Of a stretch of 64,000 bases of DNA, positions 28,014 to 36,937 are shown piece after piece. The notes under the pieces are model-generated. The model saw nothing but the letters and a program-made list of their open reading frames with translations. It was not told the DNA's origin and made no database searches. The stretch covers positions 270 to 64,269 of the forward strand of contig JAZSLS010000016.1 of the NCBI GenBank assembly GCA_045535465.1. The letters run 5' to 3'. Made by a program: the position numbers and the translations under genes. How positions within the stretch are numbered: the stretch's first letter is position 1; every line of letters begins with the position of its first letter. Source of the DNA: Eubacteriales bacterium (GTDB lineage: Bacteria > Bacillota > Clostridia > Oscillospirales > CAG-382).

Positions 28014-30386
28014 TTAAACTTTTTTAAGCTTGGCTATGCTTCCCATAAGCTTTTTAACGCCAACCTTTTCAAATTCTATCTTATAAAGGACGTCACCGCC
28101 CATATATTCTGCCGATTGAATAACGCCCACACCAAACATCATATGCTCCACTCGGTCACCTTCACCAAACATCTCCTTGGCCTCTTTCTTCTTTGGAGGC
28201 GGTGCAGAAGGCGCCACACGGGTCTGCTTTGCAAAGGATTCCTGCGCAGAAACGTATCTGCGCTTAGCCTCGGAAACGTTGTTGTACACCGTCTTAACGG
28301 GCTGCTCAATAGTTACCAAATTTTTAGGTATTTCCATAGCAAAACGGGAAAGAGGGTTTTGCTTGGTCTGACCGTAAAGCAGACGGGTGTTTGTATGGGT
28401 TATAATAAGCTGTTTTTTTGCTCTCGTTATGGCAACGTAGGCAAGACGGCGCTCTTCCTCCAGTGCCGTTTCACTTACGGCGCTTTGCTCACCGGGGAAA
28501 ACACCTTCCTCAAAGCCGGGTAAGAACACCACGGGAAACTCCAGCCCCTTGGCGCTGTGTACCGTCATAAGGGTAACGGCGTTTGCCTTGTCGTCATAGT
28601 TGTCAATATCGGTTATAAGCGCTATCTCCGCAAGGAAGGCATCCACCGTAGGTACCTCCGCCTGCTCCTCAAACGCCATAGCGGAGGAAACAAGCTCGTC
28701 AAGAAGCTGTGCCTTTTCGGGCTCTTCGCTCGCTTCAAGCAGCTCCTTATAAGCAGTGCGTTCGATTATCGCCTTAACCACCTCGGAGGGCTTTGCGGTT
28801 TGTGCGTAGGCACGCAGCCCCTCCAGCAGCTCAAAGAAAGGCTTAAGCCTTGCCGCACCCTTTGCCAGCTCCGGATAAGAGTCAAGGCTTTTAAGCACCT
28901 CGTAAACGCCGCCGTTTTCCTCGGCAAGCTCAAACAAGGTCTGCGTAGTGGTGTTACCTATGCCCCTTTTGGGCACGTTTAGTATGCGCTTAATACGTAC
29001 GTCGTCTGCAGGGTTGGAAACCACCGCAAGGTAGGAAAGAATATCCTTTATCTCCTTACGCTCGTAAAAACGAACGCCGCCAAAGACACGGTACGGCACA
29101 CGGCTTTTACTAAAAATTATTTCCAGCGCATTTGCCTGAGCGTTAAGACGGTAAAGCACCGCAAAATCGCTATACTCGGCATCGCCTGCCGCAACCTGTT
29201 CCTTTATATAATTAACAATATAGCCTGCCTCGCCGCTTTGGGTAAACTGCTTTTTAAGCAGTATGCGCTCACCATCGCCGCGGTCTGTCCACAAATTTTT
29301 GCCCTTGCGGTTTAAGTTATTGGCTATAAGTGCATTTGCCGCCGAAAGAATAGTCTGAGTAGAGCGGTAGTTTTGCTCCAGCCTTATGGTAGTACATTCG
29401 GGGTAAACCTTATCAAAGCCCAAAATGTTTTCAACCACAGCCCCACGGAAGGAATAAATGCTTTGGTCATCGTCGCCCACAACGCAAACGTTACGGCGCT
29501 TGCCTGCCAGCATATTTATAAGACGGCTTTGAGAAAGGTTGGTATCCTGATACTCATCCACCAATATGTACTTAAAGCGCTTTTGGTATTTGGAAAGCAC
29601 CTCCGGCTCTTCACCGAAAAGCTTTATGGTAAGAAGAATTATATCGTCAAAGTCAAGGGCGTTTGCTTCCCTTAAAGCCTTGGTGTAGCGGCGGTATATC
29701 TTGCCAATGGTCTCAAGCTTTGTGTCACCCATTGCCTCGCCCTCGTACTCGTCACACTCCACACAGCGCTCCTTTGCACGGCTGATGTGGCTTTGCACCG
29801 TTTTGGGTGTAAGTGCGTCAGTATCCACGCCCAGGCTTTTCATTATCTCGGTTATAACGCGCTTGCTGTCGTCTGCATCGTAAATGGTAAAGCTTTTGCT
29901 GTAACCCAAAAGGTCAATATGCTGGCGCAAAATCCTTACGCAAACAGAATGAAAGGTACCTGCCCAAAGCTCCGACGATGCATCGCCCAGAAGCTTATCA
30001 AGCCTTGCCTTAAACTCGCTTGCGGCTTTGTTGGTGAAGGTAATACAAAGAACCTCGTAGGGAGCTGCCGCATCCTTAACCATACTGCGAAGTATACTGC
30101 GTATATCCTCCTTACTGCCGCCTGCAAGAAGAGCATCCATAACAGGGGCAAGCGCCTCCGCATCGGCAGGAACGTCATCAGAATAGTAAAGGTTACCGAA
30201 GGAGATTATATGAGCAATACGGTTTACAAGCACAGTGGTTTTACCGCTGCCCGCACCTGCAAGCACAAGCAAAGGCCCGCCCACGGTATAGACGGCTTGA
30301 CGCTGTTTACTGTTAAGACCGCTGTAAAGCTTATCAAAAAGCTGTCTTTTCTTTTCAGTAAAAGCTCCGTTTGCTGTCTGTATCAT
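28014..30386 (-). CDS. pcrA: ATP-dependent DNA helicase PcrA (UvrD family)
   Basis: I prefer the ATG at 30386, after an AGGAGG RBS, over the track start at 30452. Walker A AGAGSGKT, motif II VDEYQDT, UvrD-type motifs throughout. Confidence 0.93.
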   Translation of the reverse strand: MIQTANGAFTEKKRQLFDKLYSGLNSKQRQAVYTVGGPLLVLAGAGSGKTTVLVNRIAHIISFGNLYYSDDVPADAEALAPVMDALLAGGSKEDIRSILRSMVKDAAAPYEVLCITFTNKAASEFKARLDKLLGDASSELWAGTFHSVCVRILRQHIDLLGYSKSFTIYDADDSKRVITEIMKSLGVDTDALTPKTVQSHISRAKERCVECDEYEGEAMGDTKLETIGKIYRRYTKALREANALDFDDIILLTIKLFGEEPEVLSKYQKRFKYILVDEYQDTNLSQSRLINMLAGKRRNVCVVGDDDQSIYSFRGAVVENILGFDKVYPECTTIRLEQNYRSTQTILSAANALIANNLNRKGKNLWTDRGDGERILLKKQFTQSGEAGYIVNYIKEQVAAGDAEYSDFAVLYRLNAQANALEIIFSKSRVPYRVFGGVRFYERKEIKDILSYLAVVSNPADDVRIKRILNVPKRGIGNTTTQTLFELAEENGGVYEVLKSLDSYPELAKGAARLKPFFELLEGLRAYAQTAKPSEVVKAIIERTAYKELLEASEEPEKAQLLDELVSSAMAFEEQAEVPTVDAFLAEIALITDIDNYDDKANAVTLMTVHSAKGLEFPVVFLPGFEEGVFPGEQSAVSETALEEERRLAYVAITRAKKQLIITHTNTRLLYGQTKQNPLSRFAMEIPKNLVTIEQPVKTVYNNVSEAKRRYVSAQESFAKQTRVAPSAPPPKKKEAKEMFGEGDRVEHMMFGVGVIQSAEYMGGDVLYKIEFEKVGVKKLMGSIAKLKKV

Positions 30387-30469
30387 AATTCTACCTCCTA
30401 ACAAAGTTCTTCCAAGTGCTATTATACACCAAATCTCACTGTAAATCAACACTTTTTTGTTTCTTCTAA

Positions 30470-31750
30470 TTAATTGTTTACAGCTTTATTTACAGCAGAA
30501 AGCAAGGAAAGATTTTGCACGTTTTTTCGGTCTAAATTCCAATACAGCGCACCCTGCAAGCCGTATTCCTCCACCAAGGCAAGTCGGGCGCTTATGCTTC
30601 GGGCGTCCTCGTACCAAACCTCGTTTTCTGCACCGTTTTCGGTAAAGGTAAAAAAGGGCGCCTCTGCCGTAGCGTCGTACTCTATTACCGAGCCCGTTGC
30701 CACCGCAAGGGCTACTGCCTCTGCCGTGGAAAGAGAGGGTGCGGGAACAGGGGCTTCGGGGTTATAGGGCAAGGTCCAGCGGTAGCCGTAGTTGGAAATA
30801 CCAAGAAATATCTGCTCTGCCCTCATCTCCGTAAGGGCGTACTCCACCACCCGCCTTACCTGCGGAAGCGGCGATATTGCCAAGGGCGGGCCTAAGGTGT
30901 AGCCCCACTCGTAGGTCATAAGCAAAACGTAGTTAACCGATGCCGCCACCGCCCTGTAATCGTGACCCTCGTATAAAACGCCGGGCTGGTCTGCCCTTGT
31001 TTTCGGTGCAAGGGCGGCGGTAACGGTGTAGCCCCTTGGGTTCAAGGCATCGGTTACACGGCGTAAAAACGCCGCATAAGGAAGAGAGTTTGACTTGCCA
31101 AGGAACTCAAAATCCACGTCCAGCCCCACGTATCCCTTTTGCTCCATAGTAGCAAGCAGGTCCCCGATAAGCCTTTCCTGCACCGCCTCCGAAGACAGCA
31201 CCGCCGTTGCCAAAGCCGTATCAAAGCGTTCTCCCTCGGTGTAAGTGGAAAGGTGCATCCACGCCTTGCTCCCGTAACGCCTTGCCGCTTCCAAAATACG
31301 CTCGTCGCTAAGGGTGTAAAGGCTTCCGTCCTCACGAATTCCGTAGGTAAAGGGGATAAGCACGTCCATAAAGGGCGCTACGGTATCCAGCGTGCTTTGC
31401 TCTGCAAAGGGGTAAAAATAACCCCCCACGGGAAAGTCATAGCTCGGCACGTCGTTGTAACGAAGCACAAGACGCTGACCTACGCTTACGTTGTCACGCC
31501 CCTGAAGGTTTGGGTTGGCACGGTAGAGGTCGTTTACGGTAAGGGATGCACGGGACGCTATGGAATAAAGGCTGTCCCCTTGCCTTACTACGTAGCTTTC
31601 TGAAGGGAAGCGTATTACCAGCGCCTGCCCTACGGCAAGAGGAGCGCTGACAGCAAGCCCGTTTAGGCTTGCCACCACAGCGGCAGGCACGCCGTAAAGA
31701 GCGGCGACCGAAAAAAGGCTTTCTCCCTGTTTTACGGTATGTATAAGCAT
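30470..31750 (-). CDS. LysM-repeat glycoside hydrolase family 18 protein (YaaH/SleL-like)
   Basis: I prefer the ATG at 31750, after GAGGTGG. Two LysM repeats (HTVKQGESLFSVAALYGV, YVVRQGDSLYSIASRASL) precede the GH18 motif GLDVDFEF. Confidence 0.85.
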   Translation of the reverse strand: MLIHTVKQGESLFSVAALYGVPAAVVASLNGLAVSAPLAVGQALVIRFPSESYVVRQGDSLYSIASRASLTVNDLYRANPNLQGRDNVSVGQRLVLRYNDVPSYDFPVGGYFYPFAEQSTLDTVAPFMDVLIPFTYGIREDGSLYTLSDERILEAARRYGSKAWMHLSTYTEGERFDTALATAVLSSEAVQERLIGDLLATMEQKGYVGLDVDFEFLGKSNSLPYAAFLRRVTDALNPRGYTVTAALAPKTRADQPGVLYEGHDYRAVAASVNYVLLMTYEWGYTLGPPLAISPLPQVRRVVEYALTEMRAEQIFLGISNYGYRWTLPYNPEAPVPAPSLSTAEAVALAVATGSVIEYDATAEAPFFTFTENGAENEVWYEDARSISARLALVEEYGLQGALYWNLDRKNVQNLSLLSAVNKAVNN

Positions 31751-31859
31751 AAAAATTAACCACCTCAGTGCATTGTATGCAGAAAAAGCCGCCACCGTCT
31801 TGCAAAAGGCTAAAAAATTTGGTAGGATAGACACATAAACCTATGGAGGTGCAAAAGCC

Positions 31860-34103
31860 TTGAAAAAATTGTTTTGTTTATTAATGGCACTTTCCCTTCT
31901 TTTTGCATCCTGCTCTGCACCCGAGGACGAGGGCAGCATTGATGCCGCAAGCGAGGAAACGACGTCCGAGGAAAGCGGCGAGTACGTAGAGGAGGAGATA
32001 CCCGACCCCTTTGACGTAGTACTTACAGACAGCTCCACGGGGAAAACCGAAGGAAGAATAGTGGAAACTATGTACCCTACCGAGGACGTGGTTATTGCCG
32101 ACATAATCCCCACCAAGGACGGCTACGCCGTAAGCGGCGACGGTGTGGGTGACAGCACCGCAGGCATACAAAAAGCCCTTAACGACTGCTTTGATGCAGG
32201 AGGCGGCACGGTGTATCTTCCCGAAGGCAACTACGCCATAAAGGGCAAGCTTTTTATACCGCCCTTTGTTACGCTGAGAGGCGATTGGGGCGACCCCGAT
32301 AACGGCGAGGGCTACGGCACCGTTTTAAGCGTTTACACCGATTCTACCGAGGCGTTTGACCGTGGCGAAACCGTTACCGAAGGCACGATTATGCTTGGCG
32401 GAAGCGGCGGGATTGTAGGCCTGACCTTCTATTATCCAAGGCAAAACCTAAACAACGTAAAGCCGTATCCCTTTGTAGTATACTCCGACGGCTTAGGCGC
32501 AAACTATATGCTTTCCACCGTTAAAAACGTTACCGTTATCAACGGCTATCGAGGTATAGGTGCCTGCTGTACCCCCTCAGGCGCTCACGAGCAGCTTACG
32601 GTGGAAAACTTTAAGGGTACCTTTCTTTATTGCGGAAGCGAGGTATATAATCAGGCAGACGTGGGCACCTGGCAAAACGTTACTATAAGCAACGACTACT
32701 GGAAAAACGCAAAGGGCGAGGGCATAAAAGCCGCTGACGGCGATGCGCTTGATGCATACACCAAGGAAAACACCGTAGGTCTTAAGCTGGGCGACCTTGA
32801 GTGGACGGAGTTTATTAACCTTAAAATAAGCTCGTGTAAAATGGGCGTGGAGATACTAAGGGGCAAGCGCATACATTTTGCAGGCTCTATGTTAAACGTG
32901 GAAATTCTTGATTGCGGTACCGGTATTTATATCAGAGACTTGGACTCCCGATGGGGTATGCTTGTTTCAAAGGGAATTATAGAAGGCGGCATATACAACC
33001 GTGCTTTCGGCACGGTTAAGGTGTGCGACGTTAATATTACCGGCACACTTCACGGCAAGATAGACCAAACCGCTGCCGACTCCCTTGCCGATTACTTTAT
33101 AAACACGCAAAAAAGCTATACAAAGCCCGTGGCGACCCTATACACTGCCTCCCTTGATAAAACCGGCGCTACCGACGTTTCCGACAGCTTGCAAAGCATA
33201 CTTAATGAAGCGAAAAAAACAGGCGGCGCAGTGTACCTGCCTGCGGGCAAATACCGTCTTGACAAACCGATAAGCGTACCCGCAGGGGTAGAGCTTAGAG
33301 GCTCGTCCTCCGTAGCAAACCGTGACCAAGGCGGTATGTGCATAGGCACCGTTATCCTTGCCTACTACGGTGATGACGAAAGCGCCAACAGCGAAAAGGA
33401 TGCGGCGCTTATTACCCTTTCGGGTGAGAATGCAGGCGTAAACGGTTTGCGTATTCTTTACCCCGAAAACAGCCCTTTAAGCGATAACGTTAACACCACC
33501 TACACGGTACGTGGCACCGCCAAAGGGGTTTATATTGTCAATTCAGCCATTTCTTCTTCCGGTTACGGGGTGGACTTTAGAAATTGCGACGACCATTTTA
33601 TAAAAAAGGTTACCACCTGCTGTTACTACAACTCCTACATCCTTGGCGGTAAGGACGGCATCCTTAGCGGTTGCTTGCAAAACGGCACCGTGGTATACAG
33701 AACGGATACAACTATGCCCTGCCTTGTCAATTGGCCCACCAACGAAGCGCTTATATGGACCGAGCTTTTCAACCCCATAACCAGAGCAAGCAACCAATAT
33801 ATTATACTTGACGGCGCAGAAAACGAAACGGTGTTTAACACCTTTATTTACGGCCCTAACAATATGATAGTTTGCAAAAGCTCCGCGGCGATAGCAGCAA
33901 ACGTAGGCTCGGACAACATAGGCGGTGCCCAAATAGTGTGCGAAAGCGGCGACCTTACGGTGATAAACTCTATGCGCTACAACGGCTCGTCCTACAAGCA
34001 TACGGGCGGCATACTAAGGCTTTTTAACCGTCTGACCATTAACCTTAAAACGGAAACTACCGAGATAATAGGCGAAGACAAGCTCGCTCCTTACGTGCCC
34101 TGA
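31860..34103 (+). CDS. lipoprotein with two right-handed beta-helix (pectate-lyase-superfamily) modules
   Basis: TTG start follows GGAGGTG. Lipobox LFASC. Two copies of the N-cap motif: GDGVGDSTAGIQKALNDCFDAGGGTVYLPEGNY and DKTGATDVSDSLQSILNEAKKTGGAVYLPAGKY. Confidence 0.7.
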   Translation: MKKLFCLLMALSLLFASCSAPEDEGSIDAASEETTSEESGEYVEEEIPDPFDVVLTDSSTGKTEGRIVETMYPTEDVVIADIIPTKDGYAVSGDGVGDSTAGIQKALNDCFDAGGGTVYLPEGNYAIKGKLFIPPFVTLRGDWGDPDNGEGYGTVLSVYTDSTEAFDRGETVTEGTIMLGGSGGIVGLTFYYPRQNLNNVKPYPFVVYSDGLGANYMLSTVKNVTVINGYRGIGACCTPSGAHEQLTVENFKGTFLYCGSEVYNQADVGTWQNVTISNDYWKNAKGEGIKAADGDALDAYTKENTVGLKLGDLEWTEFINLKISSCKMGVEILRGKRIHFAGSMLNVEILDCGTGIYIRDLDSRWGMLVSKGIIEGGIYNRAFGTVKVCDVNITGTLHGKIDQTAADSLADYFINTQKSYTKPVATLYTASLDKTGATDVSDSLQSILNEAKKTGGAVYLPAGKYRLDKPISVPAGVELRGSSSVANRDQGGMCIGTVILAYYGDDESANSEKDAALITLSGENAGVNGLRILYPENSPLSDNVNTTYTVRGTAKGVYIVNSAISSSGYGVDFRNCDDHFIKKVTTCCYYNSYILGGKDGILSGCLQNGTVVYRTDTTMPCLVNWPTNEALIWTELFNPITRASNQYIILDGAENETVFNTFIYGPNNMIVCKSSAAIAANVGSDNIGGAQIVCESGDLTVINSMRYNGSSYKHTGGILRLFNRLTINLKTETTEIIGEDKLAPYVP

Positions 34104-34126
34104 GGAAACAAGAACCCATAAATACA

Positions 34127-34228
34127 AAATGCCTCTCGTAGTGTTACGGGAGGCATTTTAACATCTAAGTTTTATTTTGTTATATTCAGGGCACTTTCAC
34201 GAAAAACAGCTTCGTTTCTCTCACTTTG
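34127..34228 (-). repeat. dispersed repeat family 2, short copy (includes a bidirectional terminator hairpin)
   Basis: The reverse complement aligns with 6216-6365 minus the 49-nt internal segment. Hairpin AAAATGCCTCTCGTA (34127-34141) / TACGGGAGGCATTTT lies between convergent genes. Confidence 0.85.
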
Positions 34229-34232
34229 GTTT

Positions 34233-35237
34233 TTATTTAAAAATAACGTGTTTTTGTACAAAGTAGTTGCCGAAGAACAGCACCAAGTCAATGGGAATTT
34301 TGATAATGGCGGGGTTTGCGCCAAAGTGGGTGAGAATTTTTACCAAAATTGAGCCCACACAAGCCGAGCAGAGGACAAGCATATAGTAAGAAAGGGTGGT
34401 TCGCCAATCCGGCTTGGATTTAAACACCAGCCTTGACGAAAGCTGATAATTAATGGATGAGCTTACAGCCCTTGATAAAAGATACGCCCAAGCATCCGCC
34501 AAAGGGGTAAAGTGAATAAGCGTTAGGTAAAGCAAAAAGTCCAGCACCGTGCAGGATATGGAGGAGCACGCATACTTTAAAACTTGAGCAAAAACCACAA
34601 AGCTGTCACGCAGGGGATGAAAATGAGACGAAGCGTTATCGTCTATATAAATAGTCTCAATAGTAGTCTCTATAACCGGAATGTTCCATTTTTTCAGTCC
34701 AAGCAGAACGTTCATCTCATACTCGTATCTGTTTCCGTCGGCGGTGATAAGCCTATCCGCCGTAAGGTGGGAAAAGCCCCTTAGCCCTGTTTGGGTATCC
34801 GATATTTTGTTTTGGGTGGCAAGAAAAAAGCTTGCGTGGGTCAAGGTGTTGCCAAAACGGCTTCTGGCAGGCATACCCTTAAAGTTACGCACGCCAAGCA
34901 CCATAGCCTCGGGAGATTCTACGGCAAGCCGTGCCACAGACTTTACATCCTTTAAGCAGTGCTGACCGTCAGCATCGGCAGTTACGGCAACCCACTCACC
35001 GCCCAGACTTTGCAGGTGGGCAATGGCGGTTTTAAGCGCTGCGCCTTTACCGCGGTTAACGGGATGAACCACCACTGAAGCACCCATTTTTTCAGCAGAT
35101 TCAAACAAAGGAGCGCACTCTTCCTTGCTGCCGTCGTTTACCACCAACACGTCAAACTCCGAAACAAGCCCCTCAACCAGCTCCACAAAGGGTGTGGAAG
35201 GATTATATGCAGGGATTATAACAGTAACCTTGGACAT
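34233..35237 (-). CDS. family 2 glycosyltransferase fused to a GtrA-like membrane domain
   Basis: ATG at 35237 is 7 nt after AGGAG. The N-terminal half has GT-A motifs (VIIPAYN, VNDGS, TADADGQH). The C-terminal half has four TM helices of GtrA type. Confidence 0.8.
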   Translation of the reverse strand: MSKVTVIIPAYNPSTPFVELVEGLVSEFDVLVVNDGSKEECAPLFESAEKMGASVVVHPVNRGKGAALKTAIAHLQSLGGEWVAVTADADGQHCLKDVKSVARLAVESPEAMVLGVRNFKGMPARSRFGNTLTHASFFLATQNKISDTQTGLRGFSHLTADRLITADGNRYEYEMNVLLGLKKWNIPVIETTIETIYIDDNASSHFHPLRDSFVVFAQVLKYACSSISCTVLDFLLYLTLIHFTPLADAWAYLLSRAVSSSINYQLSSRLVFKSKPDWRTTLSYYMLVLCSACVGSILVKILTHFGANPAIIKIPIDLVLFFGNYFVQKHVIFK

Positions 35238-35370
35238 AAACACACTCCTTTGCAGACGTAATTTGACATATTATATCACAAAAAGCCTATTATTACAAGA
35301 GCTTAAACAAAAAATATATACAAAATGGGCTGTAAAAACGAACTTCGTTTTACAGCCCAATACCTTTTAC

Positions 35371-36042
35371 TTATTTAAGAGGACGCTCAAGAACTACCAC
35401 TGCGCCCATACCGCACTCAAAGCCAATAACCTTCCAACCGTTGCGGCCTTCCTCGTTAAGTACAGCCTCAAGCTCGTTTAAAGCAAGGCCCTTAAGTACC
35501 TTGTACTCATATGCGGAAGCGGCAACAGGAGCGGCAACAGCCACGCTCTCCTCGGCAGGAGCTTCCTCAACGACGGGAAAAGCAACAGTAACTGCCTCCA
35601 CCACGGGAGCTTCCTCGATAACGGGAGGAGCTACGGGCTCAAAAGCGGGAGCTGCAGGTTCTTCCACAGGAGCTACGGGCTCAAAAGCGGGAGCTGCAGG
35701 TTCTTCCACGGGAGCTACGGGCTCAAAAGCGGGAGCTGCAGGTGCTTCCACGGGAGCTACGGGCTCAAAAGCGGGAGCAGCTACGGGAGCATCAACGCTG
35801 TTGTTCTCAAGAGCCTCCATAGGAGTAGGAACAAATTCGTTGGTGGGAGTGTAGTCAGAAGCGTCAAAGCTGGGAAGTGGTTCAGCCCCGTTGGTTACAG
35901 GTGCAGGCGGAGGCGTAAAGCCCTTATCAACAGCAGGCGCAGGTGCAGGAGCAGCATTATTTAAATTAAATGCAGGGGTGCCGCAATGGGTGCAAAAACG
36001 ATTGCCTTCGGGAATGTTGTTACCACAGGTGGTGCAAAACAT
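35371..36042 (-). CDS. zinc-ribbon / Pro-Ala-repeat / DUF4177-like protein
   Basis: ATG at 36042 follows AGGAGG. CTTCGN..CTHCG zinc ribbon. APAFEPVAPVEEPA repeats. The C-terminal YEYKVL..GWKVIGF resembles DUF4177. Confidence 0.65.
   Translation of the reverse strand: MFCTTCGNNIPEGNRFCTHCGTPAFNLNNAAPAPAPAVDKGFTPPPAPVTNGAEPLPSFDASDYTPTNEFVPTPMEALENNSVDAPVAAPAFEPVAPVEAPAAPAFEPVAPVEEPAAPAFEPVAPVEEPAAPAFEPVAPPVIEEAPVVEAVTVAFPVVEEAPAEESVAVAAPVAASAYEYKVLKGLALNELEAVLNEEGRNGWKVIGFECGMGAVVVLERPLK
35627..35778. repeat. 42-bp in-frame tandem repeat, about 3.6 copies
   Basis: GGAGCTACGGGCTCAAAAGCGGGAGCTGCAGGTTCTTCCACA starts at 35627, 35669 and 35711, with a partial unit at 35753. It encodes the AAPAFEPVAPVEEP units on the minus strand. 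Confidence 0.9.
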
Positions 36043-36138
36043 AAAGTGCCTCCTAAAAAACAAATATTACTTTATTACTATAACATCTTATAAAGCGCTT
36101 GTCAACAAATATTCGTATTAACTGCAAAAAACAGCTTA

Positions 36139-36167
36139 TTGACAAAGAGAAAAAGGGCTGTTATAAT
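36139..36167 (+). promoter_or_regulatory. consensus sigma-A promoter
   Basis: TTGACA (36139-36144), 17-nt spacer, TATAAT (36162-36167). It lies 32 nt upstream of the ATG at 36199. Confidence 0.75.
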
Positions 36168-36198
36168 TAAGTTATCGAAGAAAGAAGGATGTGTGGAT

Positions 36199-36876
36199 AT
36201 GAAAAGAAAGCTAAGCTTGTTGCTTTGTTTGGTTCTTTGTTTTTCTGCCTTGGTTTCCTGTGATATCGGCTCTCACGACGTTCAGGTTGGTATAATTCAA
36301 ACCACCCTTCACCGTGAAAATCCCAAGGGGCCGTTCGGTACGGAGCTGTATCCTTACGATACGCCCATCTCCGATGGTGATATTAAGGCCAGCGCATCGG
36401 GCTACGACACTTACGTTGAGGGTCAAAGCAACGTTATAAGCCCCGGTTTTTTACGCCTTAAGGAAATATACGTGGAAAACCAAAGCAAGGAAGATATTTA
36501 CGTTCGTGTTGTTGCTACTTTTCCTGCTGCATTTTGCAAAAAGGATAACCCTATAATGCATATATACTATTCCGAGGAAGCTGCCAAGGATACCGACCGT
36601 GGTTTTTCCGTTTCCGACAGCTATGACGAGGAAGGCAACTACATTATGGTGTTTACCTATCTGTCTCCCCTTTCCGCAAACGAGATGACCTATTGGCCCT
36701 CTTTGCAAGGGTTTGGCATTGACAGCGACGTTATACCAAGCGATATAGAAACCGCCTTTGGCGAGCTTGGCAACAAACCCTTTGACGTAACCGTGGTAGC
36801 CAACGCCGTAGCCGTAAAGGATTATAAATCCGCAGAGGAAGCCTTTAGAGCCTACGATGAACAAAAAATAAAATAA
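36199..36876 (+). CDS. lipoprotein, unknown function
   Basis: The ATG at 36199 is downstream of the promoter, whereas the track start at 36139 coincides with the -35. Lipobox LVSC. Confidence 0.65.
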   Translation: MKRKLSLLLCLVLCFSALVSCDIGSHDVQVGIIQTTLHRENPKGPFGTELYPYDTPISDGDIKASASGYDTYVEGQSNVISPGFLRLKEIYVENQSKEDIYVRVVATFPAAFCKKDNPIMHIYYSEEAAKDTDRGFSVSDSYDEEGNYIMVFTYLSPLSANEMTYWPSLQGFGIDSDVIPSDIETAFGELGNKPFDVTVVANAVAVKDYKSAEEAFRAYDEQKIK

Positions 36877-36882
36877 CATTTT

Positions 36883-36914
36883 GGGGCTATTTCAAATCAA
36901 TTTGAAATAGCCCC
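36883..36914. terminator. 14-bp perfect hairpin between convergent genes (terminator-like, no clear U-run)
   Basis: GGGGCTATTTCAAA (36883-36896) / TTTGAAATAGCCCC (36901-36914). Confidence 0.5.
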
Positions 36915-36937
36915 AACTTATTAGGTATATTCCGTTT

